Shown here piece by piece: positions 19,651 to 28,750 of a DNA stretch of 64,000 nt (within the stretch, counting starts at the first letter, position 1; every line of letters begins with the position of its first letter). Location of the stretch: the IMG/VR virus record IMGVR_UViG_3300007513_000003; one strand, written 5' to 3'. The stretch is from a virus (taxonomy: Duplodnaviria > Caudoviricetes). Both the position numbers and the translations under genes were made by a program. The notes under the pieces were generated by a model. The model was not told the origin of the DNA and ran no database searches. It saw nothing but the letters and a program-made list of their open reading frames with translations.

Positions 19651-19795
19651 CAGTATGCCTATATTTAAATGGATTTATGGAGAAATAGTGTTAGCACATA
19701 TATACTAACTAAGGCGTTTAAATTAACGATTTTAGTAGCATATAACTATTATAGTAGCATATTATTTTCATTTTACGTGCAAGACTAGAGTTATT

Positions 19796-20863
19796 TTAAT
19801 ATAAATCAGATGATATATCGAAGGCGCATGTTGAACTAGAACGATTTCTAAAACTCTTTATAAACTCAGATTGTAAATTAATATGTGAACCGTATTGAAA
19901 TATTAACCGTTCCATTTGAAAACAATTACTAAGCCAAAAATATGTATTATGTTTGTTTTTTGTATGTTCCAAAAGTTCCTCAATGTGTTCATTATTAAAA
20001 AGATCTAATTGTTTATATACTACATTTAACTTTAAAAACTTATTCCAGTATTGTTTTAGTTCTAATGATGTAATATTGTTTTCACTAATATATTTTTCAA
20101 TTGTGCGATCGCCGTCTTGAATTCCTACTAAATTTGGATTTGCCTTTACGAATTTATTTGTTAAAAGTTTAAAGGATTCTATTTCACCATCCCAGTTATT
20201 TTTTAGATATTGTTGCCACTTTATTGCGGCAGGACTAATATCAAACATTAAAACATTTGTGTTGTCTGTAAAATAATCCTGTCCTAACAAAATATAAGTT
20301 TTTAATCCACCACATACGCCTATATAATTGTCAAACTTATATGCAAACTTATGTGATATATTAACTTCTTCTGTGTTTATAATGTAGTATCCATCTGTTA
20401 AATTTCTCACAGCTTCACGTAATTCAAATGCGAATGGTTCTACTTCTTGAGGCATTGGATTATCTAAATTTTCCATTAACCTTTTTATATCACTGTAGTA
20501 GTTTTCTGGGTAGCAATATGCTTTTAATATTTCTATTTTATTAGAAAATGTTTTTGTTGGTATATACGCTTCTTTATCAGTTTCGAGTAGTTTACAATTA
20601 ATTAAAAACCAATTTTCATTTCCTATTACTGCTTCGTTTGATTCGTCAATGCATTGGTCAAAAATTGATCTATCCCAAAACACATGCCCTGCTTTTATAA
20701 CAAAAATATAATCTTCATCTGCTTTAACAATAGGGTCTGTATCATTTTGCAAGTGTATAGGATATCTCTGCTGAACACAAAATTCTGTAAAATCACATAA
20801 TCTGTCTGCTATATTTTTACAATTTTTATCTGTAATTCTAAGCAATATTAATTTGACTTTCAT
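19796..20863 (-). CDS. Hypothetical protein; C-terminal half weakly methyltransferase-like
   Basis: YIGVCGG..VLMFDISPAAI..YKQLDLF..YFWLSN resembles Rossmann SAM-binding elements. Confidence 0.35.
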   Translation of the reverse strand: MKVKLILLRITDKNCKNIADRLCDFTEFCVQQRYPIHLQNDTDPIVKADEDYIFVIKAGHVFWDRSIFDQCIDESNEAVIGNENWFLINCKLLETDKEAYIPTKTFSNKIEILKAYCYPENYYSDIKRLMENLDNPMPQEVEPFAFELREAVRNLTDGYYIINTEEVNISHKFAYKFDNYIGVCGGLKTYILLGQDYFTDNTNVLMFDISPAAIKWQQYLKNNWDGEIESFKLLTNKFVKANPNLVGIQDGDRTIEKYISENNITSLELKQYWNKFLKLNVVYKQLDLFNNEHIEELLEHTKNKHNTYFWLSNCFQMERLIFQYGSHINLQSEFIKSFRNRSSSTCAFDISSDLY

Positions 20864-21521
20864 AACTGGTTAAAACAATATTATTAAATTGATCTGTTTC
20901 TGCACCATGTACAATAATATGATATCTATCTTCACTACTATTGTTTATAACACAATGGTCATATGCAATGTTAAAATGAATTATACTGCCTGTGTTTTCA
21001 AATGGAACTATTCCATTTTCTGTAATTAGATGACAGTCTTTTGGGTGATTAAGGCTGAAGTTAACTGCTCTACTAGGATTATCTTCTCTAAGTCCGTCAT
21101 AATGCACATCAACATATCCGCCGGGCTCAAGTAACATAATTCTTAATCTATCATATGCACTAAAAGGAAATGTATTTTTAAAATAATTTGTTGTTATAGG
21201 ACAATGATTAGATGCGTTTGTCCACACTCTAAGAGTGTCGTTGCTATAGCCATGATCTTGCGGTGGTCCAGTTATGTGATCATCAATTCCGTGTAAACAA
21301 ATACTTTTCCAGCCTTGTGACTGATCATCGCGATGTTCTACAAACATATGTTTTATGTTCTTTGCTTCTTCAAGCATTTCTTTAAACGGGGCATCTATTT
21401 GTAGTTTTAACCATGGATATTTACATTCCCAATTAACCCAATTGACAGGATCTTTGTCACTTGGAATCGGTTCGTAATTCCATACTTTGTCTTTATTTTG
21501 TAAGTAGAATTCTTTTATCAT
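20838..21521 (-). CDS. 2OG-Fe(II) oxygenase, Asp/Asn beta-hydroxylase-like
   Basis: WKSICLHG, RLRIMLLEPGGYVDVHYD (HxD), DHCVIN.S.EDRYHII (distal His, Arg). Confidence 0.8.
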   Translation of the reverse strand: MIKEFYLQNKDKVWNYEPIPSDKDPVNWVNWECKYPWLKLQIDAPFKEMLEEAKNIKHMFVEHRDDQSQGWKSICLHGIDDHITGPPQDHGYSNDTLRVWTNASNHCPITTNYFKNTFPFSAYDRLRIMLLEPGGYVDVHYDGLREDNPSRAVNFSLNHPKDCHLITENGIVPFENTGSIIHFNIAYDHCVINNSSEDRYHIIVHGAETDQFNNIVLTSYESQINIA

Positions 21522-21546
21522 AGAACATTTAAATATTTTTATTAAC

Positions 21547-22824
21547 TTATATTAAGTCTGCCCAAGATCCATTTTCATAGCCTTGGAATTTGTTATCTGT
21601 AGTATTGTAAATAATCATACCGTTGGCAGCCGATAATGAGTTTCTTTGTGTTGTTGTCATGCTTGCTAATTGTACCGCATTAGCAAAAACTGTTGCACCA
21701 GTAGTCATCGTAGCAACTTCGGTACCGGCTGTCGCAAAACGAATTGTATCTTCGTCAGTACTTGCTTCTACTCTTATTCTTGTATCATTATCAGCATCCG
21801 CAATTAAATTTTGTGTACTAATTAATGAAGTACTAAAAATTCTTACTTCTACAATGTCATCAGTGTGTGGTGCTTCTACCATTGTAAGCGTTGTGCCACT
21901 TACACTATATGCTGATGTAGGTTGTTGTAAAGCACCGTTAATATTAACGATAGTACCGTTTGTTGTTGCTGACGAACTCAGTGTAAATGCAGTTGTTGTA
22001 CCGTCGCCAGTAAATGAGTCACTTGATACTAATGCATAATTACTTGCTTCTAAATCAACCCAAGAAGTACCATTATAGTATTCCATTTTATTACTAGTGC
22101 TGTTATAACGAAAATCGCCCGCTGATGGTGATCCTGGTCGTTGTGCTGTGGTGCCATTTGGCATTGCTATAGAATTTGTGCCTACAATTTGTAATTGTCC
22201 TGTTCCATCTGGATCAATTTGTATATTACCGTTTGTTGTGCTTGTTGACATTACATTTGTTGAGAATGTAAAATCTCCCAAGTCACCGCCTACGCCAAAG
22301 TCACCTGTGTATCTCGCACCACTAATATAAACACTCTTGCCTGTAAAACTTACGCCATTAGGCAAGTTTGTACTAATAAAGTGTAATACGCCACTTTGAT
22401 AATCAAAAAACCATTCGTCGTTATTACCAGAACCTGTAGCAAATACCTGTGTGCCTCCAGACGCGGCAGATCCAGCACTACTGCTAGTGTGTATATAAGC
22501 TTTTACTTGGTATGTTGAACCAATTTCAGGTGATATCCAATCTGTTAGTCCTGTTTTCCAAGTTCTATTCGCTGTTGATGTAATATCTTCTGTGCATTCT
22601 TGTGGGGCACTTGTCGTGTATACAGTTACAACCTCGGAGCTTGATCCTGGTATTGTGCTAGGAATACTTGAAGCCTCCTTCCAAACTTTGTCGCCACGTA
22701 GCAACAACGAACTTGAAATCGCTTCGTTAGGCGCCTTTTTAAGTGCGTTTGTATCTGTTTTGGTAGCACCGTAACCTAGTTTTTTCCATAGGTAGTCAAT
22801 TTTTTGGCTATCTGAAATGGCCAT
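21547..22824 (-). CDS. Virion structural protein (fibre/baseplate-associated)
   Basis: Shares GTT.QRP..G.FRYN and GDG.TT.F modules with the long fibre. Confidence 0.6.
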   Translation of the reverse strand: MAISDSQKIDYLWKKLGYGATKTDTNALKKAPNEAISSSLLLRGDKVWKEASSIPSTIPGSSSEVVTVYTTSAPQECTEDITSTANRTWKTGLTDWISPEIGSTYQVKAYIHTSSSAGSAASGGTQVFATGSGNNDEWFFDYQSGVLHFISTNLPNGVSFTGKSVYISGARYTGDFGVGGDLGDFTFSTNVMSTSTTNGNIQIDPDGTGQLQIVGTNSIAMPNGTTAQRPGSPSAGDFRYNSTSNKMEYYNGTSWVDLEASNYALVSSDSFTGDGTTTAFTLSSSATTNGTIVNINGALQQPTSAYSVSGTTLTMVEAPHTDDIVEVRIFSTSLISTQNLIADADNDTRIRVEASTDEDTIRFATAGTEVATMTTGATVFANAVQLASMTTTQRNSLSAANGMIIYNTTDNKFQGYENGSWADLI

Positions 22825-25800
22825 TATGAAGCCTCCCCTATGCTTATCGCAGTCACTGATTCACCGCTTGCTAGTGCTATTCTTACCAATACGACATTGC
22901 CTGTAGCATTGGACATATTCTCTGAGCCAAGTGTCATTGTATAGCCACCACTTAGTGATGTGCCTGTTGCAATTCTGTCACCTGATGTAAACGCACAGCC
23001 ATTACTGCCGTTACCGCCATTGCCTGTATCACTGCCCGGAACACCACTACCACCATATGTTGTACTTGAATCTATCCATCCATTTAGTCCACTAGCACTA
23101 TCAATTGCAGTGCCTGGTGCGGCAATCCATAATCCACTTATGCCTGAACTTGATGTAATGTTAATATCAAAGTTAGCAACAACTTGTCTACGGAAAGCAA
23201 ATGTAAAGTATTGTGTTCCCGTATCAGCACTACGATCAGGTCCTACTGGTAGGAAGCCTGAACTATAATCTGTTACATCGTATTTTAAAACACCAAGTCT
23301 AATTGTTGCTTCTTTTGTTCCACTAACACCTGGATCACTATTTTCAGAATATAAATCGTTAGTATAAAAATTTGTTGCACCGTTAAAACTAGGTGTGTTT
23401 GTTGTGTCGGCATTAAAATCAAATACACGTTTGCCATCATCTGTATACGTGCCGTTGCCTAAACTATCTGCTACAGCAATGGTCTGTTCAACAATACCAC
23501 TCTGTGATGATCTGTGTACTTGAATATTAGTTGTGTTTTCAACATAACTACTTGTTCCGTTACAGTTGGATGCTCTTACTTTTACTCTGTCAACTGTTCT
23601 TACGCTACTTGTTGTAATAGGTACTGAAAGAGATCCTATCGTGTATGCAGACGCAACGCCAGTATCAGCATTTGGTATACCGCCTGTTAGCATTGAACTT
23701 GCACCATCAATTTGTGCGTAAGTATAGTTTGAATTAGTAGTTGCCGCGCTACTTGTACTTTCTTGGTTTGTTCCGTTATCTACTTCAACGACTGATGACG
23801 TATCTCGGTAGGCTTGTCCTGTTAAATCACTAACCTGTACACCAGTTAAAGTAAGTGTTGGACTTCCTGTGTTATAATATGGTATACCAGAAACATATCT
23901 TTTTGTGCCGCCAGTTCCTTCAGACAATGTGCCAGAATCATCTATAGTAGGCGTTGCTGTTATATCATCATATACAACAGAAACATAGTTTGTATTACCT
24001 GTTGCACTGTGTTCTAATCTTTCGTCATTTACACCTACTGTATAACTTGCAAGTGCTTGCGTAATTTTGGCATCAAACGTTTGATAAAATCCTGTTGGAT
24101 AAGTTGCTGAACTAATTGTGTCGTTAGCATCACGTTGGTCACTTACAACAAGCGAGGTAAATGTTCCATTCTCGTTCAATGCTGTTGTAAATGTTTTATT
24201 ACCTTTATCAACGCCGTTAACAGTTGCAGTTAGTGTTCCACTCAAACCATTGTAAGCATTAGCAATAACATTTGTGTCAATTGTGCCACTTGTATATCGT
24301 CTTGCTGTAGTTGTAGTCAACGCCGCGCCCGCAACCAATGGATTACTCGTACTGTTATCTGCAAATCCAGCACAAAGTTTTGGACTTGAGCCTTGGTATG
24401 AATCACTCAACGTTAGCGATTTAGTACTCAAATTCGCTGGTGCAGATGGCGTTGCATTCATTTGGAACACAATACTTGAATCTGAATCTGACTGTAATGT
24501 TAAATCAGGAGTTCCGTTTGCTGTAAAGGCTAATGTGTAATTGCCTGCTGATTCACCTGCATAATCATGATCTAATGTTGCGCCTATAGAACCAGCACTT
24601 ACACCATCTTCAGTAGGAGTGTCGTTTGTACTACCATCACCCCAATTATATACATAATCATCTGCGTTTTGTGATGTGTTTGTTGCTCTTACTAATGCTC
24701 TATTATTTCCATTGTAGTCTGTGTAATCATAAATGTCATATTGATTGTCACCAGATCTATCACTTGTTGTTACTGCTGTGGCCGCAATGTTTGCTCTAAC
24801 ATCTGGTTCAACGTGAACTGTAAAGTTAGAACTAATAAATGGACTACTTGTATGATTACTAATAACTCTCAAGTTACCAGTATAATTTCTTGCTGTTCCT
24901 GATGCTTGGTCGCTTGGACTCAACGCAAACGTGTGACTAATAGTGTTACCAGTGTCACCACTTCCGCCTGTACCAACATTTACTGTTGTATCTGAAGTTC
25001 CATCGCCCCATTGGTATTCATATTGAATACCATATGTTGCATAACTGCCAATTGTTGCTTCAGTATTATTAGTAAAGGTAATCGGTAATCCACTAGTACT
25101 TTCTTCGTTAATACCTGTTGTCGCACTTAATGATACTTCAGGAGTATGTGTGTCATAAATTTTATATGCGACATTGTCACTAGTTGGTATTACTGATGGA
25201 TCAGCAGTATTATGACTGTCTAGTGTTAGTATAACTGTTCTTGTTATTTCTTGTTCTGAAATTTCCGTAAACGTATGGTCAAGTCTTGCGCCGGCAGAAC
25301 CACCTGCGGCACTATCACTTGAAATAACATTGTCGCTACTACCATCGTCCCAATCCCAAGTGTATTGAATTGTAGCACCGCCAATGTTTGTTGTATTATT
25401 ATCAAAGTAAACTTGGTCACCGTCATCCCAATATGTAATTGGACTACCGCCTGATGAAGCGGCATATGCGGCAAAACTAACAACCGGGTTAGCAGTATAG
25501 ATAATAATATATCCCGCTCTTAATTTAGTTGCGGTGCTTCCTGTTCCACAGCCACTATTGTTATATGCAGTGACCTCTACATCAAATGGTGATCCTACGT
25601 TAGAACTATATGTATGTGTTGGAGTACTGTCTGTTGTTCCTGTTGTTGTGTTACCATCGCCCCAATCAATAGTGTATCTATTTGCGTTTCCTGTGGCAGT
25701 AATAGTTAGTGTTACAACAAGTCCTGCACCACCTACTGTTTGGTCAGCAGTAAAGTCTACTTCCTTAACAAAAGTACTATTACGAATGTTTTCAACAACT

Positions 25801-26270
25801 TCGTTTAAATCATCAATAGCATCTACAACTAATGTAGACGATGTCCAATCTAAATACGCACTGCACGTTGTTAAGCTGCCATCTGTTGGTGTACCTAATG
25901 TAAGTGTGCCACCGCCTAGGCCTGCTATTTGAGTATCTACATATGCTTTGTTTGCCGCATCTGTACCTGCTACCGGAGTTGCTACATCTTCAACTACTTT
26001 ACTAGAAACAGAAATAATACCCGTGCCGTTAGCATTTAGTATTAAATTACCATTTGTATTTGTTGTAGTGATTGTATTGGTATCAATTTCAATGTTACCA
26101 ACTTGTAGATCGCCGGCAATATCCAACGAGTACCCCGGGGCAGCTTCGTTAATACCAATACGTGAGTTAGTTACATCTAGATATAATAAGTCTGTTTCAA
26201 ATGCCAAGTCAGTGCCTTGTCTGACTAGATTTGGTTGTAACATTGGTCCCGAGACGCGACCTATAGCCAT
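22824..26270 (-). CDS. Virion structural protein with four PKD-like domains
   Basis: YTIDWGDG, YTWDWDDG, YQWGDG, YNWGDG, each followed by an H(T/D)(Y/F) strand. Confidence 0.7.
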   Translation of the reverse strand: MAIGRVSGPMLQPNLVRQGTDLAFETDLLYLDVTNSRIGINEAAPGYSLDIAGDLQVGNIEIDTNTITTTNTNGNLILNANGTGIISVSSKVVEDVATPVAGTDAANKAYVDTQIAGLGGGTLTLGTPTDGSLTTCSAYLDWTSSTLVVDAIDDLNEVVENIRNSTFVKEVDFTADQTVGGAGLVVTLTITATGNANRYTIDWGDGNTTTGTTDSTPTHTYSSNVGSPFDVEVTAYNNSGCGTGSTATKLRAGYIIIYTANPVVSFAAYAASSGGSPITYWDDGDQVYFDNNTTNIGGATIQYTWDWDDGSSDNVISSDSAAGGSAGARLDHTFTEISEQEITRTVILTLDSHNTADPSVIPTSDNVAYKIYDTHTPEVSLSATTGINEESTSGLPITFTNNTEATIGSYATYGIQYEYQWGDGTSDTTVNVGTGGSGDTGNTISHTFALSPSDQASGTARNYTGNLRVISNHTSSPFISSNFTVHVEPDVRANIAATAVTTSDRSGDNQYDIYDYTDYNGNNRALVRATNTSQNADDYVYNWGDGSTNDTPTEDGVSAGSIGATLDHDYAGESAGNYTLAFTANGTPDLTLQSDSDSSIVFQMNATPSAPANLSTKSLTLSDSYQGSSPKLCAGFADNSTSNPLVAGAALTTTTARRYTSGTIDTNVIANAYNGLSGTLTATVNGVDKGNKTFTTALNENGTFTSLVVSDQRDANDTISSATYPTGFYQTFDAKITQALASYTVGVNDERLEHSATGNTNYVSVVYDDITATPTIDDSGTLSEGTGGTKRYVSGIPYYNTGSPTLTLTGVQVSDLTGQAYRDTSSVVEVDNGTNQESTSSAATTNSNYTYAQIDGASSMLTGGIPNADTGVASAYTIGSLSVPITTSSVRTVDRVKVRASNCNGTSSYVENTTNIQVHRSSQSGIVEQTIAVADSLGNGTYTDDGKRVFDFNADTTNTPSFNGATNFYTNDLYSENSDPGVSGTKEATIRLGVLKYDVTDYSSGFLPVGPDRSADTGTQYFTFAFRRQVVANFDINITSSSGISGLWIAAPGTAIDSASGLNGWIDSSTTYGGSGVPGSDTGNGGNGSNGCAFTSGDRIATGTSLSGGYTMTLGSENMSNATGNVVLVRIALASGESVTAISIGEAS

Positions 26271-26301
26271 ATTATTCTCCGTTTAAAAATACTTTATACC
26301 G

Positions 26302-26309
26302 TATTTATA
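26302..26309 (-). promoter_or_regulatory. T4-type late promoter TATAAATA
   Basis: Exact consensus about 30 nt upstream of 22824..26270. Confidence 0.7.
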
Positions 26310-26322
26310 TAGAGTTTAATTA

Positions 26323-26754
26323 TTAAACTGTGTCGAATCCGCTTAATGCTACAATAACATGACTGTTAGGCGGGGCAGATGTAAATGTAATAGTTGTTCC
26401 TGATACTGTGTAAGCAGAATCTGGTTCTTGGAAAATGTTATTAATAAAAATAAGAATATTGTTTTCGTCAGCAGGCGCAGAGGATAACATATTAAATGCC
26501 GTTGTTGAGCCATCGCCAGTGTCTGTATCTTTAGTAATAGTCGTAGTGCCGTTAATTCTTATTTGATTCCAAGTGCCTAAATGATATGTTTCTAATCCAC
26601 CTGTTGTGACATTAAATCTAACCATCCCAGAGTCTGCTATAGCAGATCCTGGTCGTTGATTCGTAGTTCCTATAGGAATTCGTATGGCATTTGTTCCACC
26701 AAGATTGAATAATTCCTGAGTAAAGTATTCTGGATTTGTACGATCAAATGGCAT
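26323..26754 (-). CDS. Small virion structural protein
   Basis: Built almost entirely from the two modules shared with the fibre genes. Confidence 0.6.
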   Translation of the reverse strand: MPFDRTNPEYFTQELFNLGGTNAIRIPIGTTNQRPGSAIADSGMVRFNVTTGGLETYHLGTWNQIRINGTTTITKDTDTGDGSTTAFNMLSSAPADENNILIFINNIFQEPDSAYTVSGTTITFTSAPPNSHVIVALSGFDTV

Positions 26755-26758
26755 AATA

Positions 26759-27157
26759 TTATAAACTCATATAGTTAACAAAAACATTTACAGGTACTGT
26801 CGCCGGCGAACCAGACCAATTGGTAGATGAGTTACTTGCATCATCTAAATCAATATAAAATTTATCACCATTTGTTAATAGCCACTTATTGGCAGTAAAT
26901 CCTGTTATAGTGTTTACATGTAAATTTGATCCAGTAGAGATAGGAACTGCAAAACCTCCCGCTTTGGATGAATCATATAATAAATTATTAACTGTTACAG
27001 AGTCACCGCTGGGAACTAAATTCAATGCCCAATTAAAAAATGAGTCGGCGTGACTATCCGTATTAAAAATAATTATATCTGTAACAGCAACATTGCCTGA
27101 TGCAGTAAAAATTGCTGTTGAAGAATTGTTTGTTACATTTGTTATTGTGACTGCCAT
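26759..27157 (-). CDS. Hypothetical virion protein
   Basis: Beta-rich 132-aa ORF within the structural operon. Confidence 0.55.
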   Translation of the reverse strand: MAVTITNVTNNSSTAIFTASGNVAVTDIIIFNTDSHADSFFNWALNLVPSGDSVTVNNLLYDSSKAGGFAVPISTGSNLHVNTITGFTANKWLLTNGDKFYIDLDDASNSSTNWSGSPATVPVNVFVNYMSL

Positions 27158-27160
27158 AAA

Positions 27161-28042
27161 TTATCCACCAAATACTAAAGCATAAGCAATTGCTTTACTC
27201 TTACTTATCATTTCTCCACTTGTTGTGTTATTTACGAAATATAGTCCTGTGCCACCACCGCTTGGTGTTTTGGAATAAATTTTATTAACAGATACTGTAG
27301 CACCTGGATCACCGCCTTGATCAGTAAAATCTAACTGTACTGAAACGCTGGCCGCTTTGGATAATACAATATTACCCGTTCCATTTGGCGTAAGAGTAAT
27401 ATTACCATTTGTGTTAGATGAAATAATATCATTTGCATTAATATTAATATTATCTACACTAAGTTCACCTGTTATAGTAACAGCATTTGTTCCATTATCA
27501 AATACAATGTTTGAACTACCAGCAAGAGTTCCACTATTATTATATTGAATATTAGTATTAGCACCACCTGGGGTTGGTGACCCTGCCGCAGTATCTACAT
27601 ATGCTTTGATAGATTGTTGTGTTGCTAAAGCAGTAGCACTATCACTTGCCATATTATCTTCATCTAATATGTCGCTAATAGTAACACCATTAACAGTTAA
27701 ATCACCTGTTGTTGTAACAGAAAGTGCTTCTAAGTCTGCTAATCCCGAGCCGAGTTTAAAACTCCATTTGTCTGTAGTTTCATTCCAAATCAATGATGTA
27801 TCGTCAGAAGTGCCTCTTTCAATTACAACACCTGCTGTTCCAAGCGTAACACCTGCTCCTGATTCATTCTTGTTTAATACAATTGTATTATCTTGAATGT
27901 CTAAATCTGTTGTATTAACCGTGGTAGTAGTTCCAGTAACAACTAAATTGCCTGTTACTTGAAATGCATCTGCTGTAATATTAACATCATTTGAACCAAC
28001 GTTGATATTATAATCGCTGTTAACTCTTAATTCCTTTGCCAT
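27161..28042 (-). CDS. Short fibre-like structural protein
   Basis: Shares LVVTGTTTTVNTT, ILDEDNMASDSATALATQQSIKAYVD and SNTNGNITLTPNGTG segments with the long fibre. Confidence 0.65.
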   Translation of the reverse strand: MAKELRVNSDYNINVGSNDVNITADAFQVTGNLVVTGTTTTVNTTDLDIQDNTIVLNKNESGAGVTLGTAGVVIERGTSDDTSLIWNETTDKWSFKLGSGLADLEALSVTTTGDLTVNGVTISDILDEDNMASDSATALATQQSIKAYVDTAAGSPTPGGANTNIQYNNSGTLAGSSNIVFDNGTNAVTITGELSVDNININANDIISSNTNGNITLTPNGTGNIVLSKAASVSVQLDFTDQGGDPGATVSVNKIYSKTPSGGGTGLYFVNNTTSGEMISKSKAIAYALVFGG

Positions 28043-28066
28043 ATTTCGTGATTTCCAATGTTATAT

Positions 28067-28074
28067 TATTTATA
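28067..28074 (-). promoter_or_regulatory. T4-type late promoter TATAAATA
   Basis: Exact consensus just downstream of a terminator and 25 nt upstream of the 28042 start. Confidence 0.75.
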
Positions 28075-28084
28075 CAAATTTTAG

Positions 28085-28112
28085 AATAGAAAAGGGGCCG
28101 ATGGCCCCTTTC
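28085..28112 (-). terminator. Rho-independent terminator
   Basis: AAAGGGGCC-ATC-GGCCCCTTT then TCTATT on the minus strand. Confidence 0.75.
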
Positions 28113-28136
28113 CTGTATTGATCGTAAGAATATCAA

Positions 28137-28598
28137 TTAAGCGTCTTCTGTCCAATCGTCGTCGTCTACACCGACTAGTGTATTGTCGTCGCCTGCTTCC
28201 TCGACTTGTGCCGCACCGTCTGTTAGATCTACTGTGAAGTTCCATGGAACTTTACTGCCATCATATGCGTTTGAACCTGTAGCAGTCGGAGCTGCTAATG
28301 TTGCTGTACGGCCAGAAATTTTACTTGCTAGGTATGTTTCACCATCATCCATTTTAAATGAAATTGACATCTCACCTGATGCTAGGTTTGCTGGTAAATC
28401 ATCCCAAGTTAAAGTACAAGTATGTAATCCTGCTGTTTCGATTTCTTCAACAACAAAACGTTTACTTGCTTTTTGTTTAACAATATAACCTTCTTTAACA
28501 CCGCCGCCGCTGTTAAAGTTAACTTTGATTTCGTTACCGCCGGCTGTTGGGCCTACGCCCGCGACACCGAAGTATCTTTTATTAAGTGGTCTACCCAT
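28137..28598 (-). CDS. Hypothetical protein downstream of major capsid (probable virion protein)
   Basis: 153 aa, AAGGAG RBS, own late promoter and terminator. Confidence 0.7.
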   Translation of the reverse strand: MGRPLNKRYFGVAGVGPTAGGNEIKVNFNSGGGVKEGYIVKQKASKRFVVEEIETAGLHTCTLTWDDLPANLASGEMSISFKMDDGETYLASKISGRTATLAAPTATGSNAYDGSKVPWNFTVDLTDGAAQVEEAGDDNTLVGVDDDDWTEDA

Positions 28599-28696
28599 TT
28601 TATTTCTCCTTTTAGAAGTCCGTTGCGGGTTTTAACCGCTACGAGGAAGGTTAATCCCCATAAACTTACTACCCATTAGTAAGCATTACTATTTAG
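28599..28696 (-). promoter_or_regulatory. Late promoter (CTAAATA 28690-28696) plus structured ~90-nt 5' leader
   Basis: Several hairpins including CUUCU-AAA-AGGAG over the RBS. Confidence 0.5.
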
Positions 28697-28698
28697 TC

Positions 28699-28727
28699 AA
28701 GAAAAACCCCCCAAATAATGGGGGGTT
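28699..28727 (-). terminator. Rho-independent terminator after major capsid gene
   Basis: AACCCCCC-ATTATTT-GGGGGGTT then TTTCTT. Confidence 0.85.
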
Positions 28728-28750
28728 ATCTTTACAAAAAATTCTAAACC

